A stretch of 60,452 bases of DNA, the filler included. It is 3 parts of 3 records of this genome, joined end to end, with 100 filler letters (N's around TTAATTAATTAA, not from the genome) between each part and the next. Parts side by side here need not be neighbours in the genome. Positions count along the whole stretch, not along the records: positions 40,600 to 60,452 come from SRR20825006_1558; 2 more parts are not named here. One strand, 5' to 3'. The number at the start of each line of letters is the position of its first letter. Position 1 is the stretch's first letter. Shown here piece by piece: positions 50,127-60,014 of this stretch. Made by a program: the position numbers and the translations under genes. The notes beneath the pieces were generated by a model. That model had not been told where the DNA came from. It saw only the letters and a program-made list of their open reading frames with translations, and made no database searches.

Positions 50127-51545
50127 ATGAAAAAAACTACCTTCCTTTTTACGTGTTTACTCTCCACGATTCTTTTCGCCCAAAACAAACAAGAGCAAGT
50201 TTTAGAACAGCTTGATCAAAACACCCAAGCCTACGGCGAGATCGCCCATAAAATATGGTCTTTTGCCGAAATGGGATATCAAGAAGAACAAAGCGTTGCT
50301 TTACTTCAAAAAACTTTAAAAGAAGAAGATTTTACCATCGAAGCCGGCGTGGCAGGAATGCCTACGGCTTTTATCGCGAGTTATGGTTCGGGAAAGCCGA
50401 TCATTGCGGTTTTAGGTGAGTACGATGCATTGCCCGGATTATCGCAAAAAGCCGTTGCGCATAAAGAATCTAATGGCGGTGTAGCCGGGCACGCGTGCGG
50501 GCATCATTTGTTTGGTACAGCATCTGCGGCCGCGGCGATTTCAATAAAACGCTATCTGGAAAATACAGGAACATCAGGAACCATTCGTTTTTACGGTTGC
50601 CCTGCCGAAGAAGGAGGTTCGGGTAAGGTGTATTTAACGCGCGCCGGACTTTTTGATGATGTGGATGCGGTGATCAATTGGCATCCGGGAAATTCCAACG
50701 GCGCTGATCCCGGAGCAGCATTAGCAAACAAATCGGCTAAATTTAGATTTCACGGAATTGCCGCACACGCTGCCGGTGCTCCTGAGAAAGGGCGCTCAGC
50801 ACTTGATGGTGTAGAGGCGATGAATTATATGGTCAATATGATGCGCGAGCATGTACCCGAAGATACCCGTATTCATTATGTGATCACTGATGGCGGAAAG
50901 GCGCCAAATGTTGTGCCTGATTTTGCTGAGGTGTATTATTATGCGCGCCACACGACCCGAGATGTGGTGATCGATGTGTTTGACCGAGTGGTTAAAGCAG
51001 CTGAAGGAGCAGCACTAGGAACCGGTACAACAATGGATTATGAAATGATTGGCGGTACGCACGAATTGCTACCCAATCTTACGCTACAGAAACTTATGTA
51101 TGACAACTTGAAAGAGGTTGGTGGGTATACCTATACGCCCGAAGAACGTGAGTTTGCCGAAGAAATTGCCAAAAGCTTGAATACAGACCTTGATGTAAAA
51201 AATGTAGAAGGTATAAGTGAGTACAATCCTATTCCTGAAGCGGGTGGCTCTACTGATGTGGGTGACGTGAGTTTTACCGTACCTACCGTTGGCCTGTATA
51301 CGGCTACTTGGGTACCGGGAACACCTGCACACAGTTGGCAAGCAGTGGCAGCGGGTGGAACCAGTATAGGCACCAAAGGAATGATGGTCGCGGCAAAAAC
51401 CATGGCTAAAACCGGTATGGACTTATTTGACCAACCCGAAATTCTTAAAGCAGCTTGGACTGAATTTGAAGAAAAGCGTGGCGAAGATTTTGAGTATATC
51501 CCTTTGTTGGGAGATCGAGAACCGGCACTAGATTATAGAAACTAG
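50127..51545 (+). CDS. M20 amidohydrolase (AbgB-like) with signal peptide
   Basis: GEYDALPG, GHACGH, PAEEGG, GSTDVGDVS and PAHSWQ. Confidence 0.9.
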   Translation: MKKTTFLFTCLLSTILFAQNKQEQVLEQLDQNTQAYGEIAHKIWSFAEMGYQEEQSVALLQKTLKEEDFTIEAGVAGMPTAFIASYGSGKPIIAVLGEYDALPGLSQKAVAHKESNGGVAGHACGHHLFGTASAAAAISIKRYLENTGTSGTIRFYGCPAEEGGSGKVYLTRAGLFDDVDAVINWHPGNSNGADPGAALANKSAKFRFHGIAAHAAGAPEKGRSALDGVEAMNYMVNMMREHVPEDTRIHYVITDGGKAPNVVPDFAEVYYYARHTTRDVVIDVFDRVVKAAEGAALGTGTTMDYEMIGGTHELLPNLTLQKLMYDNLKEVGGYTYTPEEREFAEEIAKSLNTDLDVKNVEGISEYNPIPEAGGSTDVGDVSFTVPTVGLYTATWVPGTPAHSWQAVAAGGTSIGTKGMMVAAKTMAKTGMDLFDQPEILKAAWTEFEEKRGEDFEYIPLLGDREPALDYRN

Positions 51546-51560
51546 AATACCTACTAAACA

Positions 51561-51588
51561 AAAAGGGGAAGCAGCTGCTTCCCCTTTT
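51561..51588. terminator. bidirectional intrinsic terminator
   Basis: Perfect palindrome AAAAGGGGAAGCAGCTGCTTCCCCTTTT between convergent genes. Confidence 0.85.
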
Positions 51589-51607
51589 ATTTTATGATTG
51601 AATTGGC

Positions 51608-52117
51608 TTACTCAAAAAGCGCTTTTAATTCAGTAGCTTCTTTAGCTTCCATCTTTCCGGCGAGAACAAGACTGAGTTGTTTTCTGCGTAAAGCGGCATC
51701 ATAACGCTGGATTTCTTTTTCGGTTTCCGGTTTAATTTGAGGGATAGGTACCGGCATTCCGGTTTCATCTACGGCAACAAAGGTGTAAATCGCATCGTTT
51801 GCTTTTGATTTAAGGCCGTTTTCACGGTCTTCTACCCATACATCAATTACAACTTCCATAGAGGTCTTAAAAGCTCTGGAAATCGAAGCTTCTACAGTCA
51901 CCACACTCCCCAACGGAATCGCTTTATTAAACGCCACGTGATTTACCGATGCAGTAACTACAATTCGGCGTGAATGTCTTCTGGCGGTAATACTCGCAAC
52001 ACGATCCATACGTGCAAGAAGTTCGCCTCCAAACATATTGTTTAAAGGGTTCGTTTCATTGGGCAAAACCAGATCGGTTTGCGTGGTACGCGATTCAGAA
52101 GGCGTTTTTGCTTTCAT
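51608..52117 (-). CDS. acyl-CoA thioesterase (hotdog fold)
   Basis: PNETNPLNNMFGGELL, VVTASV, TSMEV and TFVAVD. Confidence 0.93.
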   Translation of the reverse strand: MKAKTPSESRTTQTDLVLPNETNPLNNMFGGELLARMDRVASITARRHSRRIVVTASVNHVAFNKAIPLGSVVTVEASISRAFKTSMEVVIDVWVEDRENGLKSKANDAIYTFVAVDETGMPVPIPQIKPETEKEIQRYDAALRRKQLSLVLAGKMEAKEATELKALFE

Positions 52118-52163
52118 AGTTTGATTTTCGGCAAAAATAGGAAGAAAAAGCCGGTAGAAAATT

Positions 52164-52191
52164 AAAAAAGCCTCCTAGTTTGGAGGCTTTT
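52164..52191 (-). terminator. intrinsic terminator after SPOR gene
   Basis: AAAAAAGCCTCC-tagttt-GGAGGCTTTT. Confidence 0.75.
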
Positions 52192-52216
52192 GCATATTAA
52201 TCTTAAAAAGAGATCT

Positions 52217-53149
52217 TTAATTCAATTCCTGGATCAGCATCCAAGCATTGGGATTATCTGTGTTACGTATGTTGCGTAATTCTTTTAAAGCTTCGGTGCG
52301 ATCTGTGTAACTTCCGTAAACCACCTGATGCAAGCCGTATTTGTTTTCACCTAAAGTGCGTGCTTTATAACCGGCTTCGCGCAGTTGATTTACACGTGTT
52401 TCAGCATTTTCAGGAATTCTAAAAGCACCTGCTACGATGTGAAAATTTCCTTTTGGTTTAAAGGCATTCAAAGTAACGGCAGGCAACGGATTATCAATTG
52501 TGAAGGTCGCGTGCTGAATAGTATTTTCGATCTGACTTTCTGCCTTTTGTTTTTCGGCAAAATTATGATCTGCAATATCCTTGAAATATAAAAAGCCTAA
52601 TGCTCCAGATAAACCTATGGTAAGCAATCCTACTGCGGCATACTTCATCCAGCCGTTTGAGCGGCGGGCAGGAGTGAGGTGTATAGGCGCTTTCTCTTCA
52701 ATAGCTTCGGCTTCTTGCGCTAATACTTCGCGTGTCACCGGTTGAGCGGTATACGAGGCAAGACCAAAAGCTTCGGTTAAATAATTGGTAGATTGCTCAG
52801 GCTCAAAACTCAAGTTTCCGGCTTCATTTTGAGACAAGGTACCAATTTTATCAAATACAAGCGTTTCTTCAGCATTCAATTTTTGCTGAACATTCACAGC
52901 GAATTCTTGCACTTTTAGTAATGCACTTTCATAGCTTAAATGCTCTGCCGAAGCGACATAATTAGCTAATAGTCCATCATTTTCTTTCAATTGTGCATTA
53001 AAAGAAATACGTTTTTTAGGTGGGAAAAAGGCCTGTGCGGTTTCGTCGTGATATGCAGAAACGCGGTGTGCTAAAAACGCTCCGAAGCCGGGAACGATCA
53101 CGCACTCGTATCTATAAAGTAAGTCGCTGATGTAATTTGAAAAATGCAT
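52217..53149 (-). CDS. HU-like (CCDC81-type) domain + TM + SPOR domain protein
   Basis: ECVIVPGFGAF...FFPP N-terminus and FHIVAGAF...AWML SPOR domain. Confidence 0.88.
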   Translation of the reverse strand: MHFSNYISDLLYRYECVIVPGFGAFLAHRVSAYHDETAQAFFPPKKRISFNAQLKENDGLLANYVASAEHLSYESALLKVQEFAVNVQQKLNAEETLVFDKIGTLSQNEAGNLSFEPEQSTNYLTEAFGLASYTAQPVTREVLAQEAEAIEEKAPIHLTPARRSNGWMKYAAVGLLTIGLSGALGFLYFKDIADHNFAEKQKAESQIENTIQHATFTIDNPLPAVTLNAFKPKGNFHIVAGAFRIPENAETRVNQLREAGYKARTLGENKYGLHQVVYGSYTDRTEALKELRNIRNTDNPNAWMLIQELN

Positions 53150-53244
53150 AAAGTAAAATTAAAAAAAAATGCTACCGCCTTTAGAAAGTTGTTCGTGATT
53201 TGTTAACAATTTTGCAATACCTTTATTAACAGCAATTTAAAATA

Positions 53245-54345
53245 ATGAAAGAAGACGAACTTCACGCATTTTTGACCTTACAGCGTATTCCTAATTTAGG
53301 AGACACATCGATCAAAAGACTTATTGCGCGATTTGAAACTGCACAACAAGTGCTAGATCAAAAGAAAGAAAGCCTTTTAAAACTAGACGGAATCGGCGCT
53401 TTTAAGTTGAAAGCTTTTTTTGAAAAGGAACACAGGCTTGCGGCAGAAGAAGAATTAAAATTCATTCAAGAGCATAACATTGATTACTGCAGTTATAAAG
53501 ATCAAAACTATCCTGAGCGATTAAAGCACTGCATCGACGGGCCAATTTTGCTTTTTAAACGCGGAAGTAAAGATTTTTCTCAGCAGCGAATAATCTCTAT
53601 TGTAGGAACGCGTAAAGTCACCAATCACGGAGTAGACTTTATAAAGCAGTTTGTAGAGGACCTTGCACCTTTAAATCCGCTTGTGGTTTCGGGGTTTGCT
53701 TACGGAGTAGATATTACTGCGCATCGCGCAGCGCTAGATCAAGGTTTAGATACGATTGCGGTGTTAGCCCACGGTTTGAACCAGATCTATCCTAAGGTTC
53801 ATGCTAAGTATGTAAAACTTGTTGAAGCGCAAGGCGCATTCATCACTGATTTTTGGAGTAGTGATGCGTTTGACCGAACGAACTTTTTACGTAGAAATCG
53901 CATCATTGCCGGGATGAGTGAAGCTACGGTAGTAATCGAAAGTGCCGAAAAAGGAGGCTCGCTCGTAACGGCAGATATCGCAAATTCTTACAACAGGGAT
54001 GTTTTTGCAGTCCCCGGAAGGCCCGGGGATGCACAAAGTTTGGGCTGTAATAATTTAATCAAAACTCAGAAAGCACAGTTGATCACCAGCGCAGCAGATT
54101 TAATTTATCTGCTCAATTGGCAAATAGAAGAGGAGCTCAAACCTGTGCAAAAGCAACTTTTTGTAGAACTCAATGCGGAAGAAAAAGTGATCTGCAATTT
54201 TTTATCAGACGTGGGCAAAGAGCAACTTGATTTGATCGCACTGCATTGCAAAATGCCCACGTTTAAAGTAGCCAGTATTCTACTTAATATGGAATTAAAA
54301 GGAGTAGTAAGACCCTTGCCCGGAAAACAGTTTGAACTGACTTAG
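53245..54345 (+). CDS. dprA: DNA processing protein DprA
   Basis: IVGTR, VSGFAYGVD, RRNRIIAG, GGSLVTA and VFAVPG. Confidence 0.96.
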   Translation: MKEDELHAFLTLQRIPNLGDTSIKRLIARFETAQQVLDQKKESLLKLDGIGAFKLKAFFEKEHRLAAEEELKFIQEHNIDYCSYKDQNYPERLKHCIDGPILLFKRGSKDFSQQRIISIVGTRKVTNHGVDFIKQFVEDLAPLNPLVVSGFAYGVDITAHRAALDQGLDTIAVLAHGLNQIYPKVHAKYVKLVEAQGAFITDFWSSDAFDRTNFLRRNRIIAGMSEATVVIESAEKGGSLVTADIANSYNRDVFAVPGRPGDAQSLGCNNLIKTQKAQLITSAADLIYLLNWQIEEELKPVQKQLFVELNAEEKVICNFLSDVGKEQLDLIALHCKMPTFKVASILLNMELKGVVRPLPGKQFELT

Positions 54346-55310
54346 TATCCTACTTTCTTACGTACGCGATCTAGAACTTCGTTTGCAATTACTCGAGCTT
54401 TTTCTGCTCCAACACTTAGTGCGGCATCCAATTCATCAAGATTGTCCATATAATGGTTGTACAACGCGCGCTCTTTTTCAAACTTGTTTAAGACAAGTTC
54501 GTATAAAGCTTTTTTAGCGTGACCGTATCCATAACCACCGGCTTCATAATTTATACGCATTTGAGCAACTTCATCTTTTGAAGCTAATAACTTATAAATG
54601 CCAAAAACATTACAAGTATCAGGATCTTTAGGATCTTCGAGCGGCGTGCTATCAGTTTCGATACTCATAATTTGTTTTTTCAATGCTTTGTCAGATTGAA
54701 AAATTATGATGGTGTTGCCTTTGCTCTTACTCATTTTGGCACCGTCGGTTCCCGGGATATACATCGTTTCCTCGTGAAGTTTCAGCTCAGGAATTACAAA
54801 AGTTTCACCCATTTGTGCGTGAAAACGTGAAGCGACATCGCGCGTCATCTCAAGGTGCTGAGATTGATCTTTACCTACCGGAACAATTTCGGCATCATAC
54901 AACAAGATATCAGCCGCCATAAGCATCGGGTAGGTAAAAAGTCCGGCATTTACATCTTCCAGTCTATCTGCTTTGTCTTTAAAACTATGTGCTAACGTTA
55001 AGCGCTGATACGGAAAAAAACAGCTTAAATACCAAGTAAGCTCTGTGGTTTGTGGGATATCGCTTTGGCGGTAGAAAACCGTTTTTTCAATATCAAGACC
55101 ACAAGCAAGCCATGTCGCGGCAGTAGAATAGGTGTTGTGTCTTAAGGTTTCGCCATTTTTAATCTGAGTAAGCGAGTGCATATCTGCGATGAATAAAAAG
55201 GATTCATTTTCAGGCTGATTAGCCATATTGATCGCAGGGATTATAGCTCCTAATAAGTTACCTAAATGTGGTGTTCCCGTACTTTGAACACCTGTTAAAA
55301 TTCGTGACAT
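54342..55310 (-). CDS. trpS: tryptophan--tRNA ligase
   Basis: HLGN, YPMLMAADIL, VPVGKDQ and KMSKS. Confidence 0.98.
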   Translation of the reverse strand: MSRILTGVQSTGTPHLGNLLGAIIPAINMANQPENESFLFIADMHSLTQIKNGETLRHNTYSTAATWLACGLDIEKTVFYRQSDIPQTTELTWYLSCFFPYQRLTLAHSFKDKADRLEDVNAGLFTYPMLMAADILLYDAEIVPVGKDQSQHLEMTRDVASRFHAQMGETFVIPELKLHEETMYIPGTDGAKMSKSKGNTIIIFQSDKALKKQIMSIETDSTPLEDPKDPDTCNVFGIYKLLASKDEVAQMRINYEAGGYGYGHAKKALYELVLNKFEKERALYNHYMDNLDELDAALSVGAEKARVIANEVLDRVRKKVGY

Positions 55311-55425
55311 GGTTCATTTAAATTTTGCGTAAAGTTACCCCTTTTCAAGTATTAACTCCTTTTAAAATGTCTATTTTTGAGACGTCGGTTTGTATCTGCA
55401 AGTCGGCAGAAATCCTATACTGTTG

Positions 55426-56181
55426 ATGTTAAGACTGCTTCAGAAATTACTGATTTTACTTTGGCGCATATGGTTCTATGTGCTCATCATAGTGCCCATT
55501 ATCATATTGTTGCCCTTCCTACTTATTTCGGTAGCAAAAGACTCCTGGTATCCTTACTTTTTTAAAATGGCTAGGTTGTGGGCGCGCATTATTTTATACG
55601 GAATGGGCTTTTGGCCAGAGGTTAAACGTCTTGAAAAAACAGAACAGGGTAAAAGCTATATGTATATCGCTAATCACACCTCAATGACAGATATAATGTT
55701 GATGCTGAGTAGTGTGCGTAACCCTTTTGTATTTGTTGGAAAACAAGAACTTGCAAAATTTCCACTGTTTGGATATTTCTACAAACAAACGTGTATTCTG
55801 GTAGACCGCGGGGATCCTAAAAGCAGAAGAGCGGTATTTGAAAGTGCCCAAAACAGACTCAACCAGGGGCTTAGTATTTGTATTTTTCCTGAAGGTGGCG
55901 TGCCCGATGACACCAGCATTGTGCTTGATACGTTTAAAGACGGAGCATTCAGGCTAGCGATAGATCACCAAGTACCTATTGTACCGATGGTGTTTTATGA
56001 TAACAAAAAGCGTTTTTCTTATGAATTTTTCACCGGTACACCGGGATTGATGCGCGTAAAAGTCTTGCCATTTATTCAAACCAAAGGCCTAAAAGCGATA
56101 GATCGAAAAACTGTAAAAGAGCAGGCTTTTAAAGCCATTCATGCCGAATTGCTAAAAGATCAAGCCTACGCGGAAACCTAA
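55426..56181 (+). CDS. plsC: 1-acyl-sn-glycerol-3-phosphate acyltransferase
   Basis: NHTSMTD, IFPEGG and FKDGAF; ATG 55426 downstream of TATTTTTG at 55372-55379. Confidence 0.9.
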   Translation: MLRLLQKLLILLWRIWFYVLIIVPIIILLPFLLISVAKDSWYPYFFKMARLWARIILYGMGFWPEVKRLEKTEQGKSYMYIANHTSMTDIMLMLSSVRNPFVFVGKQELAKFPLFGYFYKQTCILVDRGDPKSRRAVFESAQNRLNQGLSICIFPEGGVPDDTSIVLDTFKDGAFRLAIDHQVPIVPMVFYDNKKRFSYEFFTGTPGLMRVKVLPFIQTKGLKAIDRKTVKEQAFKAIHAELLKDQAYAET

Positions 56182-56214
56182 AAAAGTCGCCCTAACCACA
56201 AGGCGACTTTTTTT
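56180..56214. terminator. bidirectional intrinsic terminator
   Basis: AAAAAAGTCGCC...GGCGACTTTTTTT. Confidence 0.85.
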
Positions 56215-56385
56215 CATCATTGCATATGCAATAATTAACCTAACCAACTAAAAAACTAACCTAACTTCCTGTGCACTGTTAGTTGGCAGTACACAGTTTC
56301 TTTTAAAGTTTGAAGATTAAACCAAAGTCCGGCCGGTTGAAATACAGCCAAACTTTGGTTATCTCATCTTCCCCTTTCATATATT
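56180..56385 (-). ncRNA. candidate structured 3'-region RNA of the ECF operon
   Basis: Two hairpins whose C-A mismatches on + become G-U pairs on -; an 8-nt loop complementary to a downstream segment; GUUAG repeats; terminator. Confidence 0.55.
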
Positions 56386-57825
56386 TTAAAACCGAATGCT
56401 TAAACCGGTGTAAAGACCTAAATAATAGGGTCTGAAATCGCTCACCGATTTGGTATAGGCATTCAGTTGGTATTTAAACATAGGTTCCAGATTGAATTGA
56501 ATGTGAGGCGTGAATTTATAATCTAAGCCCAAACCAACGTTGGTACTGAAACTAGTATTATTAAGACTGTTTGACGACCCGATGCGTGAAACCAAATTAT
56601 TATTTTCTTCAAGTGAAATAGAATTGTCGTTTAAGAATAGGGTGCTAAAACCACCAATCACTTGAATACCGAATTTACGATTGAGCAAAGCATATTCTGC
56701 TTCAAAAGGAACCTCAATGTAGCCTAATTCTTGACGCAGAGCATTGTTTATACTCGTACCCGCAACTGAAGCATTACTCGCAAATTCTGCTGCTGAAGAA
56801 GCCAGACTTTTATTAGCATCTGCCACCTGAATCAACTGTGAATTTTGATTATAATCTATACTGCTAATAGATTGCCCCTGAATGCTGGGAGCAAAGTTTA
56901 CTTGTTCCGTACGGTAACCTAAATCAACTTTATTTACTCCGGAGCGCACCGTAAGCCTGTCGTTAATGGCATAACTTACTTGAACCCCATAGCTAAAATT
57001 CACATCGCCACTTTTCTTGTTATCGGCAAATTCTGCTGCGATCCCAGAGCCACCAAAACTGTTGTAATACACGGGAGCCACCATAGGCGTAATACCCCAG
57101 CGTGATGCATCTTGAGATGCTGTATTTGAAGTTTCAGTATCCGCTAGAGCTTCTTCCTCATTTTGCGCGTTTGCGATTTCTTCCAATGAGGGTAATTCAT
57201 CTGCCGCAGTATTTTCTTGGGATTCGTTTTCAGTGGCGGCTATAGCGGCTGTGTTCTGTTCTGTGCTTGCAGTATGGTCATCCTGTGTAGCATTTGCATC
57301 ATTGCCTTGGTCAGCGGTAGCAATACCTGTTGAAGCAGCAGTGCTACCTGATTTTTTCGACTCTGAATTATTTCGGTTTTGAGTTGTGTTTGATGCGTTA
57401 CTTTTTACTTGATTTGCTTCCGTGGCTGAAGTAGAAGCAACAGTAGTTGCTTTAGTACTTGGATTAGATTCAGCCTTCTTTTGAGAATTAGAATCTTCAG
57501 TGCTTTTTTCTTCGGAAGAAACCACGGCATTGTCCGCAGTTTGCTCAATAGTTTTAGGTGTGCGCTGGTCTTGCTCAGGCGTTTCAGTTTCCTCTAAAAC
57601 CACTTCAACATCTTGCGCATCTGATGTTGAGAATATAAGGTTACCGGCGAGAAGGATTAGGACTAAGACAGCTGCTGCGCCGCTCAATTGAAGCCATAGC
57701 GGGATAATTGCGCGTTTTTTCTGCTGCTTGTCTACAATGCCAGCCCAGACTTTGTCATCAGGCATTGCCTCAAAGTCTTTAAACTTTTCCTGAAACAGGC
57801 GGTCTATGTTTTTTTGCTCTTTCAC
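56386..57825 (-). CDS. putative dual-membrane-spanning anti-sigma factor (N-terminal sigma-binding segment, TM, disordered linker, C-terminal OM beta-barrel)
   Basis: IDRLFQEKF...PDDKVW, then TM, ~160-aa S/T/N/Q/E-rich linker and beta-strands ending YTGLSIRF; GTGA overlap with the ECF sigma gene. Confidence 0.8.
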   Translation of the reverse strand: MKEQKNIDRLFQEKFKDFEAMPDDKVWAGIVDKQQKKRAIIPLWLQLSGAAAVLVLILLAGNLIFSTSDAQDVEVVLEETETPEQDQRTPKTIEQTADNAVVSSEEKSTEDSNSQKKAESNPSTKATTVASTSATEANQVKSNASNTTQNRNNSESKKSGSTAASTGIATADQGNDANATQDDHTASTEQNTAAIAATENESQENTAADELPSLEEIANAQNEEEALADTETSNTASQDASRWGITPMVAPVYYNSFGGSGIAAEFADNKKSGDVNFSYGVQVSYAINDRLTVRSGVNKVDLGYRTEQVNFAPSIQGQSISSIDYNQNSQLIQVADANKSLASSAAEFASNASVAGTSINNALRQELGYIEVPFEAEYALLNRKFGIQVIGGFSTLFLNDNSISLEENNNLVSRIGSSNSLNNTSFSTNVGLGLDYKFTPHIQFNLEPMFKYQLNAYTKSVSDFRPYYLGLYTGLSIRF

Positions 57826-58370
57826 CGTGTTGAGGATTGTAGGGTTTCACTCTGCTGATAATTTTCAACTTTTTCTTTTAAAATCATTCGGGCACGCGCC
57901 AGATTAGATTTACTGGTTCCTTCGCTAATGCTTAGCATTTGCGCGATTTCTTTGTGCGGGTAACCGTCTAGAACATAAAGGTTAAACACCAGCCTATAGC
58001 GGTCTGGTAATTCTTGTATTATTTTTAAAAGAAATTGAAGCGAGATCTCATTGGTGTCAACAAGAACCTCTTCCTGCTCAATCTGTTCTTCATTTACAAG
58101 TTCAAACAAACTCTGTTTACGATACCGTTGCAAAGCGGTATTGATCACAATACGCTTTAACCATCCTTCAAAAGAGCCTTTGCCTTTGTACTGATGTACT
58201 TTTTTAAAAATGGTTAAAAAAGCATCCTGAAGGTTATCTTCAGCCTCCTCGTAATTACGAGAATACTTAAGGGAAACCCCAAAGAGCGTGCGAGCGTACA
58301 AAGTGTACAATTCGGCCTGCGCTTTGGGTTTTTCCTTAGTTAAACCTTTTAAGAGCTTTTCTAAACTCAC
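57822..58370 (-). CDS. ECF RNA polymerase sigma factor
   Basis: AEDNLQDAF, SFEGWLKRIVIN and LPDRYRLVFNL...EIAQML...GTSKSNLARAR. Confidence 0.96.
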   Translation of the reverse strand: MSLEKLLKGLTKEKPKAQAELYTLYARTLFGVSLKYSRNYEEAEDNLQDAFLTIFKKVHQYKGKGSFEGWLKRIVINTALQRYRKQSLFELVNEEQIEQEEVLVDTNEISLQFLLKIIQELPDRYRLVFNLYVLDGYPHKEIAQMLSISEGTSKSNLARARMILKEKVENYQQSETLQSSTR

Positions 58371-58387
58371 ATTGTTACGTGCTTAAA

Positions 58388-58804
58388 TTACGGTTGCTCT
58401 ACAGGAACTTCTTGAGTTTCATAAATAGGCTCACCATTTTCATCATCGCCTTTATACATTTTAAAGACGTAGGTGTAGCGGTAAATTACATCGAAATTTA
58501 AAAAAGTGGAAATCGTGTCGTTTGGTGTGTCTGTACACATATCACTTTCTAAAACCTGACTTATGGCATACACAAAACGGGTGCTGTCTTCTCTAGCGGC
58601 TTCAAAATTGTAAAACTCGTGGCACGTTGTAGGTAATACAAACGAAACCGGCAATTGATAGCGCTCGCCGTAGACAAAACTTTCTGGTAACTCATAATCT
58701 GCAATTGGGAGCGCTTCATAGCTCACCACTTGCCCTTCATCATCCAGTGAACAACTGGTTATTAAACCTAATAAACCAATTAATAAAAAAACCTTTTTCA
58801 TCAT
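58388..58804 (-). CDS. lipoprotein, first gene of the ECF operon
   Basis: Lipobox ITSC followed by acidic SLDDE; two further Cys. Confidence 0.8.
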   Translation of the reverse strand: MMKKVFLLIGLLGLITSCSLDDEGQVVSYEALPIADYELPESFVYGERYQLPVSFVLPTTCHEFYNFEAAREDSTRFVYAISQVLESDMCTDTPNDTISTFLNFDVIYRYTYVFKMYKGDDENGEPIYETQEVPVEQP

Positions 58805-58827
58805 TAAAATTATCTGCTTTTTGTAAG

Positions 58828-58854
58828 TAGATACTTTAAGATGAAAAAGGTTGC
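58828..58854 (-). promoter_or_regulatory. putative ECF-sigma promoter (autoregulatory)
   Basis: GCAACC-N14-GTATCTA, 23 nt upstream of the lipoprotein ATG. Confidence 0.7.
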
Positions 58855-58875
58855 GTAAGCCGTTTAAAAATTTTT

Positions 58876-59886
58876 CTAAGCTTCTTTAGCTATTTTAATG
58901 GCTTCTTTGATTTTAACTTCAAGTTCTTCTAGGAGATCAGGGTTGTCTTTTAAGATGGCTTTTACTGCATCACGTCCTTGTCCTAGTTTGGTATCTTGAT
59001 AACTAAACCAAGAACCGCTCTTTTTGATGATTTCATAATCAACACCAATATCAAGGATTTCACCAACTTTAGAAACGCCTTCGCCATACATTATATCAAA
59101 TTCTGCCTGACGGAACGGAGGCGCAACTTTATTTTTAACCACTTTTACACGGGTTTTGTTTCCTTGTACTTCGCCGTTAGAATCTTTGATCTGTGTAGAA
59201 CGACGAATATCAAGACGTACCGAAGCATAAAACTTAAGTGCATTACCACCGGTAGTTGTCTCTGGGTTACCAAACATCACCCCGATCTTCTCACGCAATT
59301 GGTTGATGAAGATAACAGTACAGTTGGTTTTGCTGATAGATCCCGTAAGTTTACGTAAGGCTTGAGACATCAAACGAGCATGTAATCCCATTTTAGAATC
59401 TCCCATTTCTCCTTCGATCTCACTCTTTGGAGTTAATGCAGCAACAGAGTCAACAACAATAATGTCAATAGCTCCGGAGCGAATTAAATTATCTGTAATT
59501 TCTAGTGCTTGTTCCCCATTATCCGGTTGTGAAATGATGAGGTTTTCTATATCTACACCAAGTTTTTCAGCATAAAAACGATCAAAGGCGTGCTCCGCAT
59601 CAATAAAGGCTGCAATACCACCTTTCTTTTGCGCTTCTGCAATAGCGTGTAAAGTCAAGGTTGTTTTACCTGAAGATTCAGGACCATAGATCTCGATGAT
59701 TCTACCTTTAGGCAAACCACCAACGCCTAATGCCATATCAAGACCAAGCGAACCTGTAGAAATAGATTCAACTTCAACGATCGCGTTATCACCCATCTTC
59801 ATTACTGTACCCTTTCCGTAGGTTTTATCCATTTTATCAAGGGTAAGCTTCAGGGCTTTTAATTTAGCTTCTTGTTCTTTGCTCAT
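58876..59886 (-). CDS. recA: recombinase RecA
   Basis: [15 protein letters not shown] and [17 protein letters not shown]; start at ATG 59886 (MSKEQ). Confidence 0.99.
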   Translation of the reverse strand: MSKEQEAKLKALKLTLDKMDKTYGKGTVMKMGDNAIVEVESISTGSLGLDMALGVGGLPKGRIIEIYGPESSGKTTLTLHAIAEAQKKGGIAAFIDAEHAFDRFYAEKLGVDIENLIISQPDNGEQALEITDNLIRSGAIDIIVVDSVAALTPKSEIEGEMGDSKMGLHARLMSQALRKLTGSISKTNCTVIFINQLREKIGVMFGNPETTTGGNALKFYASVRLDIRRSTQIKDSNGEVQGNKTRVKVVKNKVAPPFRQAEFDIMYGEGVSKVGEILDIGVDYEIIKKSGSWFSYQDTKLGQGRDAVKAILKDNPDLLEELEVKIKEAIKIAKEA

Positions 59887-60014
59887 AGTTTTTGTCTTTG
59901 ACGCTGATTTTGAGTGCGTTTTTAAAGAATCACTACTAACTATAGATTCTTTATTCCACGCTGCTAAAGTACTATTTCTTTTAATGCACACCAATGAAAT
60001 CAATCCAAATTATT

